The notes beneath the pieces are model-generated. The model saw nothing but the letters and a program-made list of their open reading frames with translations. It ran no database searches and was not told the origin of the DNA. Made by a program: the position numbers and the translations under genes. From a virus (Duplodnaviria; Caudoviricetes), in the IMG/VR virus record IMGVR_UViG_3300017740_000058, positions 1 through 27,383 of that record: a DNA stretch of 27,383 nucleotides; one strand, 5' to 3'. Numbering within the stretch: position 1 is the first letter of the stretch; each line of letters starts with the position of its first letter. Below, in pieces: positions 8,401-16,186 of the stretch.

Positions 8401-11400
8401 GAAGTGATGACAAGTATGAAGACGTAGCAAAAAGTTCTCTAATACAAAAATGTAGAACTAGATTAGACTATATAAAAGATCTACAAAACAGTGAACCAGA
8501 AAAGTATCAAAAAATTAAAACTAAACTAATAAAAATAGGTGAGACTCTTGTAGATACTATAGTTGCACCTGAAGATGGAGAAGGCATAGAAGGTGCTGAT
8601 ATTACTGATAAAGATGGAACAAATATAAGTGGATTTATAAAAGATCAATATAATAGGCAAGATAGTTGGTGTCTTAATTTACATCGTAGGGATTGGAATA
8701 ATACAAAGGATTTTCTAGCCAAATCAGGAGATAAAGACGACGACACATATAATTTTACTTCAGCATATGACGATTATGTTGTAAGAAATCCATTTAGTAT
8801 GGTTTTAGATTATTATAAAAGTAAAAGTGACTTCGCTAATATACATAAAAATTCAGAAGTTAAAAAGATTGTTAAAAATAACTTTGCAGGCTTTAAAAAG
8901 TTTTTTAATGAGTTTGATAAAATATTTACATCAGAAGGATTTACAGATCTTAAAGCAGAGATATCAGATAAAGACAGATACGATAAACGTAACAAAGACT
9001 TTGAAAAAAATGTTAGAGATAATGCTAAAGCCAAGTTAAATATTCCTAGTCATAGTTTTATATATTTCGATAAAGATTTTTGGGAAACACTCACAGACAA
9101 TAGTTATGCTGACAGAGGGCCATGGCTAGATAATAATTTAGATCATTTTGGAGATGACCTTAACAAAGAAGGTAAAATTTATGTTATACCTTCAGCACAT
9201 TGGTCACAGGCCGACGATGCATTTAATGGTTTGGATCTTATAAAGAATTTTGAAAATGCTAAAAATTATTTTCATACATGGCGTAGAATAGGATATAATA
9301 AAATACTCAGCAAGTTCATGGCCAAATATAATGTATCTTTTGAAAATCTTACAGATAGACAAGGTAAGTATATGTCTCAACCTGATAATATGGAATCAAC
9401 TTTAAGTGATTTTGCTATTGAGGTTACACATAAAGGTGATAGCAGATCCGGTGCGCCTGGGCAAGAAGATTTAGTTCCAACAGAAGATTTAGAAAATCCA
9501 AACAGTGGTGAGCCAATTAATAGAGGTTCTGCAATGATGTGGGATCAGAGTACAGACGATGCAGAGAAAAAACGTTTTGATGCATTTGATTGGGGATTGT
9601 ATCCAACAAAAATGAAAGATGTTGTTGCTAAAGAAATGGAAAACGAATCTAGTTTCCAACTGGCATTACAAAATGTACTACAGAAAGTTCTTGATAATAA
9701 AGTAGATATAGATCAAAATGATTTAGGCTTGCCTGATGAAAAAATTATGTATGCGGCTGGTGTAGATGGTAGCGAGTTAGAAGGTGAAGCATCAAATACT
9801 ATATCACAGAAAGCAAATTGGACTAACCTAGCAGATTATTTAAAATTAGAACGTGGTGTAAATGATCAGGGTGTAAACTTACTTAAAAAAGTACACAGTC
9901 AGTATGACAGTGACGGCCAAAAATATAGAACAAAAGACGATAATATTACTGTGGGAATGGAAAGATGGCTATTGGCTGTAAAAGATGCTATTAAATATAT
10001 AGAAACAAATTATAAAGTTAGTGGCGGTAACTATTTTAGAGATGGCGATGATGTAAGTGATGTACATAGTTCAACAACAGACCACGAAAGCGGAGTTGCA
10101 ATAGAAGATTACGATGAAATGCGTAGTAAATATTTTAATTTTAATGCTATGATGATGAATGGTATGCAAAATTATTTAGTACAAACAGATGTAAACAGAC
10201 TGGTAGGATTCCTTAAAAATCCAGACAATGATGAAGAATTTAAAAAGGATGTTTTACAAAGCATGATGAGAGAAAGAGAATTAGGAATGGAACCAAATGA
10301 CTTCCAAGGTGCATTAGCCAGGGGTAGAATGTATTCTCAACGTCAAAGAGAAAGTGTGTTTAATAGATTTGAAAATTTGCCTTTAGAGGAACAATTAACA
10401 ATTATATCTAAATCTAAAGTATTAGAAAATTTAAGTAAAAAAAGCGAAGGTCCATCTAGTGATGCTTTGCCAGACAATAGTATTCCTTATCTGCTTAATA
10501 AACTACTTGCTGAGCCTATGAAGGCAGGAGATCTTAGAAAGCAAATGGATGCATATTGGGCCTTACCAGTACCTCAAATGCTATCAGATTTTAGAGCCGT
10601 AAGAGCACAAGGCGGCAAAGAAGCAGATTGCAGAAATATTTTGAAGCAGTATATTAATTCACAACTAGATCCACAAATTAAAAAGCATGTAAAACTTGTA
10701 GAAAATAAAGATGATGTAATTGATAGAATAAAAGGACTACCAGATGAAGATAAGCAAACAGACAAAGTAGTTCAATATATAGAACAATTATTAGATGATA
10801 TGGGAGTAGGTGGTAGATTAGCCAGTTTGACATCTAATTTAGAAGATATAGATGACGAGGAAGTTAAAAAATCTAATGTAAAACTTGCTAAAATAATTTC
10901 AAGTATAGAAATGACACCATTAGAAAGAGCACAACTGTTTGCAAGTTGGAAACAAGATAAATTAATAGATGTTAAAAAATTACTTTCAGGTAATGGGCAA
11001 ACATTTAGTGAAGTATTTAAAGGGTATGGAGACGAAATTTATATGACAGAACTTATAGACGATTTAGCGGATGTAGATTCATATGGTATAGGTGCAGGAG
11101 AGTTTTTACTTGCAGTATTAAGTCAGAAAATAAAAGGTATTGGTTCAACAGGCGGTTCAGGAGATTTACTAATAGATGGTAGAAATGTAGAAGTAAAAAC
11201 AAAAACAAGCCGAAATGCTCGTTTTAAAGACTGGCATGTACAACCTGACCAAACATGGGCAAGTAAAGTAGAAAAATTTAAACAAGACTTTGCAGACATA
11301 GATGAGGTTTCAGGTGCGGCAACAACAGGAATGAACTCTACGCAATTAAGTGCTATGTTAAAAAATCCTGTATTGCAACAAAATCCTGAAAGGAAGAAAC

Positions 11401-11726
11401 AAGCATTATTAAGTATTATGGCTATATTTAAAGCAACTAATACTAACTTATCGTCAGCACAATATAAAGAATTAGTAAATTTATTAGATGCAGGAGATGA
11501 CTCAGCATTTAAACAAAAATATGGTGCATATAATATACTTAACTATTTAAATATTAAACGTAGTGATGGGGAATTAGAGGGTATATTATTCATGAATAAG
11601 AAAACTAAAACAGTTCATTATGTTAAAGATTTAAATGACATACAAAATTTAGCATTAGAGGTAGGAACAATTTATCCTATTAGTACAAATAGTATATATC
11701 CTTATCCTCAAATAGGAGTCAAATAA
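5454..11726 (+). CDS. Giant multidomain protein: putative amidoligase (COOH-NH2 ligase) domain and C-terminal PD-(D/E)XK-like domain
   Basis: 2090 aa. GFEAE (228-232), ELISP (465-469), GLH (499-501), IEFR (607-610); GIGAGE...GD1904-x8-E1913-V-K1915. Confidence 0.7.
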   Translation: MKFKDVKTLEHLLKEYGASSGGGAVGGGGHGASAKANKSKKSIASGPDVSTASPTVTGQPAQKPQQAKPSTNQVKAKDLQDGDMVVSKDGKTAEVYSKVGQGNNPSALITKDKQGNLAEIPKDETVDAIQPNKPGELDTIPDEKERTSFKDRIKQGMALGNKIAGVDEGKLGKLAKGKGRKLQIRKLKGKIKRLAKSKLKEANPKLFEINFNRKSVAREALDTPVKCGFEAETFFYNVEGGNSSHVDDMSIGDIEYEYGDLPDSAYEDYRSWLYDKGQEDYLDDLVADKIQEVKEDEDWLDEFIDSSSGPSSEAIERYKDDFQDADPKEYENREEDGWTYINWVREYVEEEYEDEYHEWLDGAVREDYNLDDEATEAAEQDYSMDDWVYDNYSYMSDFLNDYGYEYSDGGGDVEQVASELHTWAENNSKFTDFPESGDYGDTYTTTAWAVEKDSSIEPDEGTGAELISPVFDSPRKMLSEMKSLFDWSEENFGTNNSTGLHVTMSWNGEPDAPVDENGRREGQELNKLKMALLLGDPYLLAEFGRLRNSYTKSQYNNILKYAEGMKRGDANSLEEFEKMLSKGIDTGKFNTIHFKDDKDRDSNNKLIEFRIAGGADYNEMYEKVVKAVVRYATVMKAGYDKNAYRDDYVNAVFRLLRKSQEIDPKKLKDLEVVNHPIIDSAKEIVGKKDYFDVVRYLSNSVEYYNEYKNLSDPDADKKWKQSIKDYKKGTGRDPSWVGEAEEGESITGYIEPSSMPPSKRAEGRFQKSQESFINAVVILSRDIADGITRGSVRAKDISIFRDYSKQLELDDKKLQGLALRQLNDQNYNGTDKENIARLKKGIDTLFKRDIIQEPGFMSHQDVDVILKQLWQFFQTDDSDDYHKRVELADLLIGANPNMAGLGNNKDDDEKHGLVMDFLQEISHTRQLNTFVAKLRGSGYGNYITPIESGKMTNQDEVESLKKFLEPYGGYDHPTSKDHHINIRSDDKYEDVAKSSLIQKCRTRLDYIKDLQNSEPEKYQKIKTKLIKIGETLVDTIVAPEDGEGIEGADITDKDGTNISGFIKDQYNRQDSWCLNLHRRDWNNTKDFLAKSGDKDDDTYNFTSAYDDYVVRNPFSMVLDYYKSKSDFANIHKNSEVKKIVKNNFAGFKKFFNEFDKIFTSEGFTDLKAEISDKDRYDKRNKDFEKNVRDNAKAKLNIPSHSFIYFDKDFWETLTDNSYADRGPWLDNNLDHFGDDLNKEGKIYVIPSAHWSQADDAFNGLDLIKNFENAKNYFHTWRRIGYNKILSKFMAKYNVSFENLTDRQGKYMSQPDNMESTLSDFAIEVTHKGDSRSGAPGQEDLVPTEDLENPNSGEPINRGSAMMWDQSTDDAEKKRFDAFDWGLYPTKMKDVVAKEMENESSFQLALQNVLQKVLDNKVDIDQNDLGLPDEKIMYAAGVDGSELEGEASNTISQKANWTNLADYLKLERGVNDQGVNLLKKVHSQYDSDGQKYRTKDDNITVGMERWLLAVKDAIKYIETNYKVSGGNYFRDGDDVSDVHSSTTDHESGVAIEDYDEMRSKYFNFNAMMMNGMQNYLVQTDVNRLVGFLKNPDNDEEFKKDVLQSMMRERELGMEPNDFQGALARGRMYSQRQRESVFNRFENLPLEEQLTIISKSKVLENLSKKSEGPSSDALPDNSIPYLLNKLLAEPMKAGDLRKQMDAYWALPVPQMLSDFRAVRAQGGKEADCRNILKQYINSQLDPQIKKHVKLVENKDDVIDRIKGLPDEDKQTDKVVQYIEQLLDDMGVGGRLASLTSNLEDIDDEEVKKSNVKLAKIISSIEMTPLERAQLFASWKQDKLIDVKKLLSGNGQTFSEVFKGYGDEIYMTELIDDLADVDSYGIGAGEFLLAVLSQKIKGIGSTGGSGDLLIDGRNVEVKTKTSRNARFKDWHVQPDQTWASKVEKFKQDFADIDEVSGAATTGMNSTQLSAMLKNPVLQQNPERKKQALLSIMAIFKATNTNLSSAQYKELVNLLDAGDDSAFKQKYGAYNILNYLNIKRSDGELEGILFMNKKTKTVHYVKDLNDIQNLALEVGTIYPISTNSIYPYPQIGVK

Positions 11727-12247
11727 TGCATATTAGAGAAGTTTTCGATAACATGGACAGAAATACAAAATTAATGAGAGACCTTGTACAGCAGGAAATC
11801 GATAAGAAAAATTTAAAAACACCAGAAGAGATTAAAAAATATATTATAGGCCTCAAACTTGCAGGTTTAGTTCAATACAAAGAAGATATTATTACATTAT
11901 TTAAATATTTTGGATTACCAATCAAATTGAATGCAGAAGCCGGTGGCGGTGGCGGTGGCGGTGCCGGAGGTGGTGCTGGTGGCGGTGCTGGTGGCTCAGG
12001 AGGAGCCGGTGCTGGTGCAGGAGCAAGTTCAGGCGGTGACGGTGGTTCAGCAAGTTCAAGTGGAGACAGCGGGTCTGCAGATGGTGGTAGTTCAGGAGAT
12101 AGTTCTACTTCATCATCCGCTGATTCCACACCTACACCTGTAAGCAGAGGGTATGCATTTTTAGGAAGTATGTCGCCTTACAAAAAGAAAAAGAAGAAAA
12201 AGAAAAAAAGTAAGAAAAACTTTGATTTCGGTAAAGGCGTCTACTAA
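11726..12247 (+). CDS. Gly/Ser-rich low-complexity protein with poly-Lys tail
   Basis: 173 aa; TAATG coupling to the upstream gene; poly-G/A/S tract, then KKKKKKKKKSKK. Confidence 0.7.
   Translation: MHIREVFDNMDRNTKLMRDLVQQEIDKKNLKTPEEIKKYIIGLKLAGLVQYKEDIITLFKYFGLPIKLNAEAGGGGGGGAGGGAGGGAGGSGGAGAGAGASSGGDGGSASSSGDSGSADGGSSGDSSTSSSADSTPTPVSRGYAFLGSMSPYKKKKKKKKKSKKNFDFGKGVY
11935..12125 (+). repeat. Low-complexity GC-rich GGN/GCN/TCA codon tract
   Basis: GGTGGCGGTGGCGGT... encodes the Gly/Ala/Ser run. Confidence 0.7.
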
Positions 12248-12249
12248 AA

Positions 12250-14013
12250 ATGAAATTATTTGAACTGGAAGACAGACCTGAATTGGATAAAGTGTTTCCC
12301 AGAAGCATAATGCCACAAGTCAGAAAAAATAACCTTGAAGATTCTGGTTATGAGTTTGAAAAGAAAAAAATAAAATTAAGTAAAATTAAACCTGTACAAG
12401 ATCAAAGAGTACAGGGTATGCATGATAGAGCATTAAAAGGATTTCAAGACGGCAGTATTAGGCCTATAATTATAGACAAACATAATTATATTGTTAATGG
12501 GCATCACAGATACGATGTTGCCAGAAGTTTAGATTTAGATAAAGTAAAAGTTCTTAAAGTAGATGCAACAATAGAAGAACTAATAGATCATTATAGTGAT
12601 AAAACTAGTGATGCTCCCACAATAGAACAACAACTTAAATCAAAGTTACAGCAAAAACTTAAAGAAATTCATAGTGCTAAACCATATGATAATATGGACG
12701 ACAATGGATTAATAAAATTTAGATATGAAGATGCAACATCTGATCCACAGCCATTTGGAGAAGATGCACATTTAAAATTAGCACCTATACCAGGAATATC
12801 CAGAAATGAAGTATATGATAATGGAGTTTCTAGACATATATTCCTTATGAATAATAAAGAACCTATATTTTTACTTACTATAAAAAAACAATTGGACGGT
12901 TGGGTTACAACAAATGTAGTTACTCACAGTAATTACAGAGGAAAAGGATTTGCTGTGCCTGTTTACTTAGCAGTTAGTAAAGCATATGGAGAACCACTTT
13001 ATAGTTTTGGAACACAGAGTCCTGGAGGACATAAAATTTGGCAAAATCTTGCAAAACAACATCCAAAAAGAGTAACTGGATATGATACAGTATCTAAACA
13101 AGAGGTTCCATTCGCTGATGTTTTTGATGGAAAGGTAGCCACTAGAGCAAAACTACTACCAGAAAGTATTCAACGAAGAGATTGCTATGAGGCGGCAGTA
13201 AAACAAATGTTAGAGTATGCTAAAGAAAATCCTGCTATGGTAAACTCATTAAGCCTTGTTCATGGATATGTAACCGGCCAAGCCAGTTATGTAAAAGACC
13301 AACGTTATGGACACGGTTGGTTAGAAATAGGCGATGTAGTACAAGATTGTACTAATAATGCTGTAATGAGGAAAGAACAATATTATAAATTAGGAAATAT
13401 CAATCCTGATGAATTAAAAAAATATTCGTATAAAGATGTTTTACAAAAAATATCTACTACTAAACATTATGGGCCTTGGGATTTAGAAAAAACAGAATTT
13501 GAAAAAGGCATTGAAGAAGATGTTGTGGGTATGAATCCAAGTGCCAAGAAGCCTTACTTTTCACCACAAGAAGCAGACAGAGCCAATAATGAATGGGTAA
13601 ACCAAGCACAGGTAGATCAAGGAGACGGTGTTATAATAAAAGCCACAGACGGCAAACAATATCGTATAATGACCAGTTATGGCAATCAACATTTTGAGGA
13701 TGGTGAAGTTTACTTAGATGGCATTACTGATGCTGGATTTATAGACCCAGAAGGCTACCCGGATGCCGCAGAACTGTTATACTATCATAGTGCTACAGGA
13801 CATTATCCTGATGATGAGGAATATGAAGTACAAGAAAACTTTAAAGACGGTAAAAAGAAAGGTAAAAGTCGTCCAGGCAGAGTAAAGAAAGCAGGTGCCA
13901 GTTGCAATGGCTCAGTTACAAGTCTACGCAAAAAAGCAAAAAACAGCAGTGGTGAGAAGTCCAAAATGTATCACTGGTGTGCCAACATGAAGGCTGGCAG
14001 AAAGAAAAAATAA
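12250..14013 (+). CDS. Multidomain protein: ParB/Srx-like + GNAT-like + Cys-His-Asp (transglutaminase/papain-like) + basic tail
   Basis: PIIID...NGHHR (G84), YRGKGFA (229-235), C312...H355-G-W...D366. Confidence 0.65.
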   Translation: MKLFELEDRPELDKVFPRSIMPQVRKNNLEDSGYEFEKKKIKLSKIKPVQDQRVQGMHDRALKGFQDGSIRPIIIDKHNYIVNGHHRYDVARSLDLDKVKVLKVDATIEELIDHYSDKTSDAPTIEQQLKSKLQQKLKEIHSAKPYDNMDDNGLIKFRYEDATSDPQPFGEDAHLKLAPIPGISRNEVYDNGVSRHIFLMNNKEPIFLLTIKKQLDGWVTTNVVTHSNYRGKGFAVPVYLAVSKAYGEPLYSFGTQSPGGHKIWQNLAKQHPKRVTGYDTVSKQEVPFADVFDGKVATRAKLLPESIQRRDCYEAAVKQMLEYAKENPAMVNSLSLVHGYVTGQASYVKDQRYGHGWLEIGDVVQDCTNNAVMRKEQYYKLGNINPDELKKYSYKDVLQKISTTKHYGPWDLEKTEFEKGIEEDVVGMNPSAKKPYFSPQEADRANNEWVNQAQVDQGDGVIIKATDGKQYRIMTSYGNQHFEDGEVYLDGITDAGFIDPEGYPDAAELLYYHSATGHYPDDEEYEVQENFKDGKKKGKSRPGRVKKAGASCNGSVTSLRKKAKNSSGEKSKMYHWCANMKAGRKKK

Positions 14014-14020
14014 CTAAATA
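14013..14020 (+). promoter_or_regulatory. Variant late promoter ACTAAATA
   Basis: TAAATA core 5 nt before ATG 14026, the same spacing as two exact GATAAATA sites. Confidence 0.5.
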
Positions 14021-14025
14021 ATTGC

Positions 14026-15174
14026 ATGTCCAAATACGGTAAAAAACCACTTTCATCTACACAACAACGATTAAAAGATTATCAATTAGGAATTTATCAT
14101 AATGCAAATGCCAAATGGGCAAACGAACTAAGAGTATTAGGTAAAAATCCACAAGACGATAACAAATACGATATTGATTTAGACTTAATGAAGGAAACAA
14201 TCATTAAAGATTGTGCAAACTATCTTCCTTTAGAAGACCATGGCGGAAAAGAATTGCAGAATAGTGATTACTCAGTATCTTGCCAATGGTATCCAAGTGA
14301 TACAAAACATCTTTTTGAAAGTAATATGGCAGATCCAACTACAAAATCACTTATGAATAAAATAGGGTGGTGCGACGAAAATAATAATCCAACACAGGTA
14401 ATTTATAATTTAGATAAAAATGGTTTTAGGTGTAAAGATTTTAAGCAGGAGAGAGGGAAAGGAATATTATTTTTAGGATGTAGTCATACATTTGGAGTAG
14501 GTTTAAATCAACAAGATACATTTGCTTTTAAAGTAGCAAACCACTTTGACAAGGAATGTTTTAATTATGGTATGCCAGGAAAAGGATTAGATACTGCGGC
14601 TTTATATACATCTTTATATTTGCAAGATGACATTGATGTAGGCTACATAGATGCAGTTGTAGTTTACTGCCCGCCACCAGGAAGGGTTAGTTATTTTAGT
14701 TATAATACTGAATATGATATGGGTAGAGGGTACAATGAATTGGAGTTTCTCCAACTTCAAAATGATTATTTATTGCTAACTGACTATTATGATGACTCAT
14801 ATCTAGATAATGTACCATATGATGAAATGGCAGATATTGAAGAATTGTTTAATCTTAAAAATGCAAAAAGTAAATACGAAGTAAAAAAATTTTTAAAAGC
14901 AGGATTAGATCAACATGTTTATAAACATAGATCTGCTATGTGGGAACATTTTATGTTTACAAAAGAAAATAATTTTTACCGAGGACTACTTGCAGTAAAC
15001 AGTATTAAAAGTTTTTGCTTGGAGAATAATATTCCATTAGTATTAACAGAAGGGTCACCAACGATTTCTACTAAACATGATTGGGCAAGGGACTTAGGAC
15101 ACTTTGGACCACAAACCCATAACAATATAGCACAAGAAATTATTTCTAAGTTAGAGATATATCTAGATAAATAG
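14026..15174 (+). CDS. SGNH/GDSL hydrolase-like protein
   Basis: ILFLGCSHTFG (S153, block I), NYGMPG (block II), D356-L-G-H359 (block V). Confidence 0.7.
   Translation: MSKYGKKPLSSTQQRLKDYQLGIYHNANAKWANELRVLGKNPQDDNKYDIDLDLMKETIIKDCANYLPLEDHGGKELQNSDYSVSCQWYPSDTKHLFESNMADPTTKSLMNKIGWCDENNNPTQVIYNLDKNGFRCKDFKQERGKGILFLGCSHTFGVGLNQQDTFAFKVANHFDKECFNYGMPGKGLDTAALYTSLYLQDDIDVGYIDAVVVYCPPPGRVSYFSYNTEYDMGRGYNELEFLQLQNDYLLLTDYYDDSYLDNVPYDEMADIEELFNLKNAKSKYEVKKFLKAGLDQHVYKHRSAMWEHFMFTKENNFYRGLLAVNSIKSFCLENNIPLVLTEGSPTISTKHDWARDLGHFGPQTHNNIAQEIISKLEIYLDK
15166..15173 (+). promoter_or_regulatory. Putative late promoter GATAAATA
   Basis: Exact motif, 5 nt before ATG 15179. Confidence 0.7.
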
Positions 15175-15178
15175 TATT

Positions 15179-15526
15179 ATGCTTATTAAGGACATAATTA
15201 ACGAAACAACCAGTAGTGGCGGTATAGCCAGTGTGGCAGTACCAATGAATAGTGATATTATAAAACGACCTGGTCCCGTAGTTAAAAAGAAAAAGAAGAA
15301 AACAACAGAAGATCAAGTTCCATATTTGCAGAGACCCAACTCACCATATGAATTAGGAAAGCAAGAATACCTACGTAAGAATCCAGGCAAAACAGAAGAA
15401 GATTTCAAAGAGTTATTGCCCAATCAACAAAACAAATACTTGGACAAGTATGTTGAAGGAAAATCTCCACACAAAAAAGGCACCAAAAAATATAAAAAAC
15501 ACATGGCGGCCATGCACGCCGGTTAA
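15179..15526 (+). CDS. Small Lys-rich protein, candidate internal virion protein
   Basis: MLIKDIINE leader; KKKKKK and KKGTKKYKK tracts. Confidence 0.75.
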   Translation: MLIKDIINETTSSGGIASVAVPMNSDIIKRPGPVVKKKKKKTTEDQVPYLQRPNSPYELGKQEYLRKNPGKTEEDFKELLPNQQNKYLDKYVEGKSPHKKGTKKYKKHMAAMHAG

Positions 15527-15527
15527 T

Positions 15528-15749
15528 ATGAGAGCAGTCAAAGACAAAAACAAATATCTTAATTTAATCAGTAGTACTGAGGCAAGACTGTTCAATAAAG
15601 TTGATTTATCGGGCTTTGTTAGTGTAAATAGTTTAGACGAAAGAGAACAATATATTGCAGAAGAACTTTATAAAAAAGACGTACTGCAAAAAATACAGAA
15701 AGGTGAACAAGTTGGTTACAAAATCTACCCGCAAAAGGAAAAATTATAA
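15528..15749 (+). CDS. Hypothetical protein
   Basis: ORF 15450..15749; ATG 15528, just after the upstream stop, is the likelier start. Confidence 0.65.
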   Translation: MRAVKDKNKYLNLISSTEARLFNKVDLSGFVSVNSLDEREQYIAEELYKKDVLQKIQKGEQVGYKIYPQKEKL

Positions 15750-16125
15750 TAAAAAATTTCTTGCGAAGAGGTTAGACGGTCTAGCAAAAAAAGTTGCTAA
15801 ACGCAACGTATATGTAATAGAAAAAACCGATCCAGGTTATAATATTATTAATTATTTAGACAAGTCTGTTTTTATAGAAAATGTTCCTTTTTTAAATTTA
15901 GCACAAAGAGCCTGCAAAAGTTTTAACAAATCTAAAGAAGAAGTTAATCCAATGCACATGCAAAGACATATAGACAAGTACTTTAAACACTATATGGACT
16001 TACAATTCTATAAACATACTATACAAACCAGTGAAGACAAAGTAAAAGTTTTTACAGCAGGTGTTAGAATGCAAGATAGTTTAGATATGATCAAAGAAGC
16101 CAAGGTACATCTAGCAACTTTTTAG
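15712..16125 (+). CDS. Hypothetical protein
   Basis: ORF 15655..16125. TTG 15712 is preceded by SD-like AAGGTG (15700-15705); start uncertain. Confidence 0.65.
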   Translation: MVTKSTRKRKNYNKKFLAKRLDGLAKKVAKRNVYVIEKTDPGYNIINYLDKSVFIENVPFLNLAQRACKSFNKSKEEVNPMHMQRHIDKYFKHYMDLQFYKHTIQTSEDKVKVFTAGVRMQDSLDMIKEAKVHLATF

Positions 16126-16145
16126 ACCAAAAATTACATTTAAAT

Positions 16146-16153
16146 GATAAATA
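16146..16153 (+). promoter_or_regulatory. Putative late promoter GATAAATA
   Basis: Exact motif, followed by hairpin AAGTATAT-TAC-ATATACTT (16156-16174) and AGGA. Confidence 0.75.
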
Positions 16154-16186
16154 AGAAGTATATTACATATACTTTAGGAAGAAACT

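Noticed and set aside
11872-12143. Pro-rich minus-strand ORF and Val-rich alternative-frame ORF
   Set aside because: Both are shadows of the Gly/Ser codon tract.
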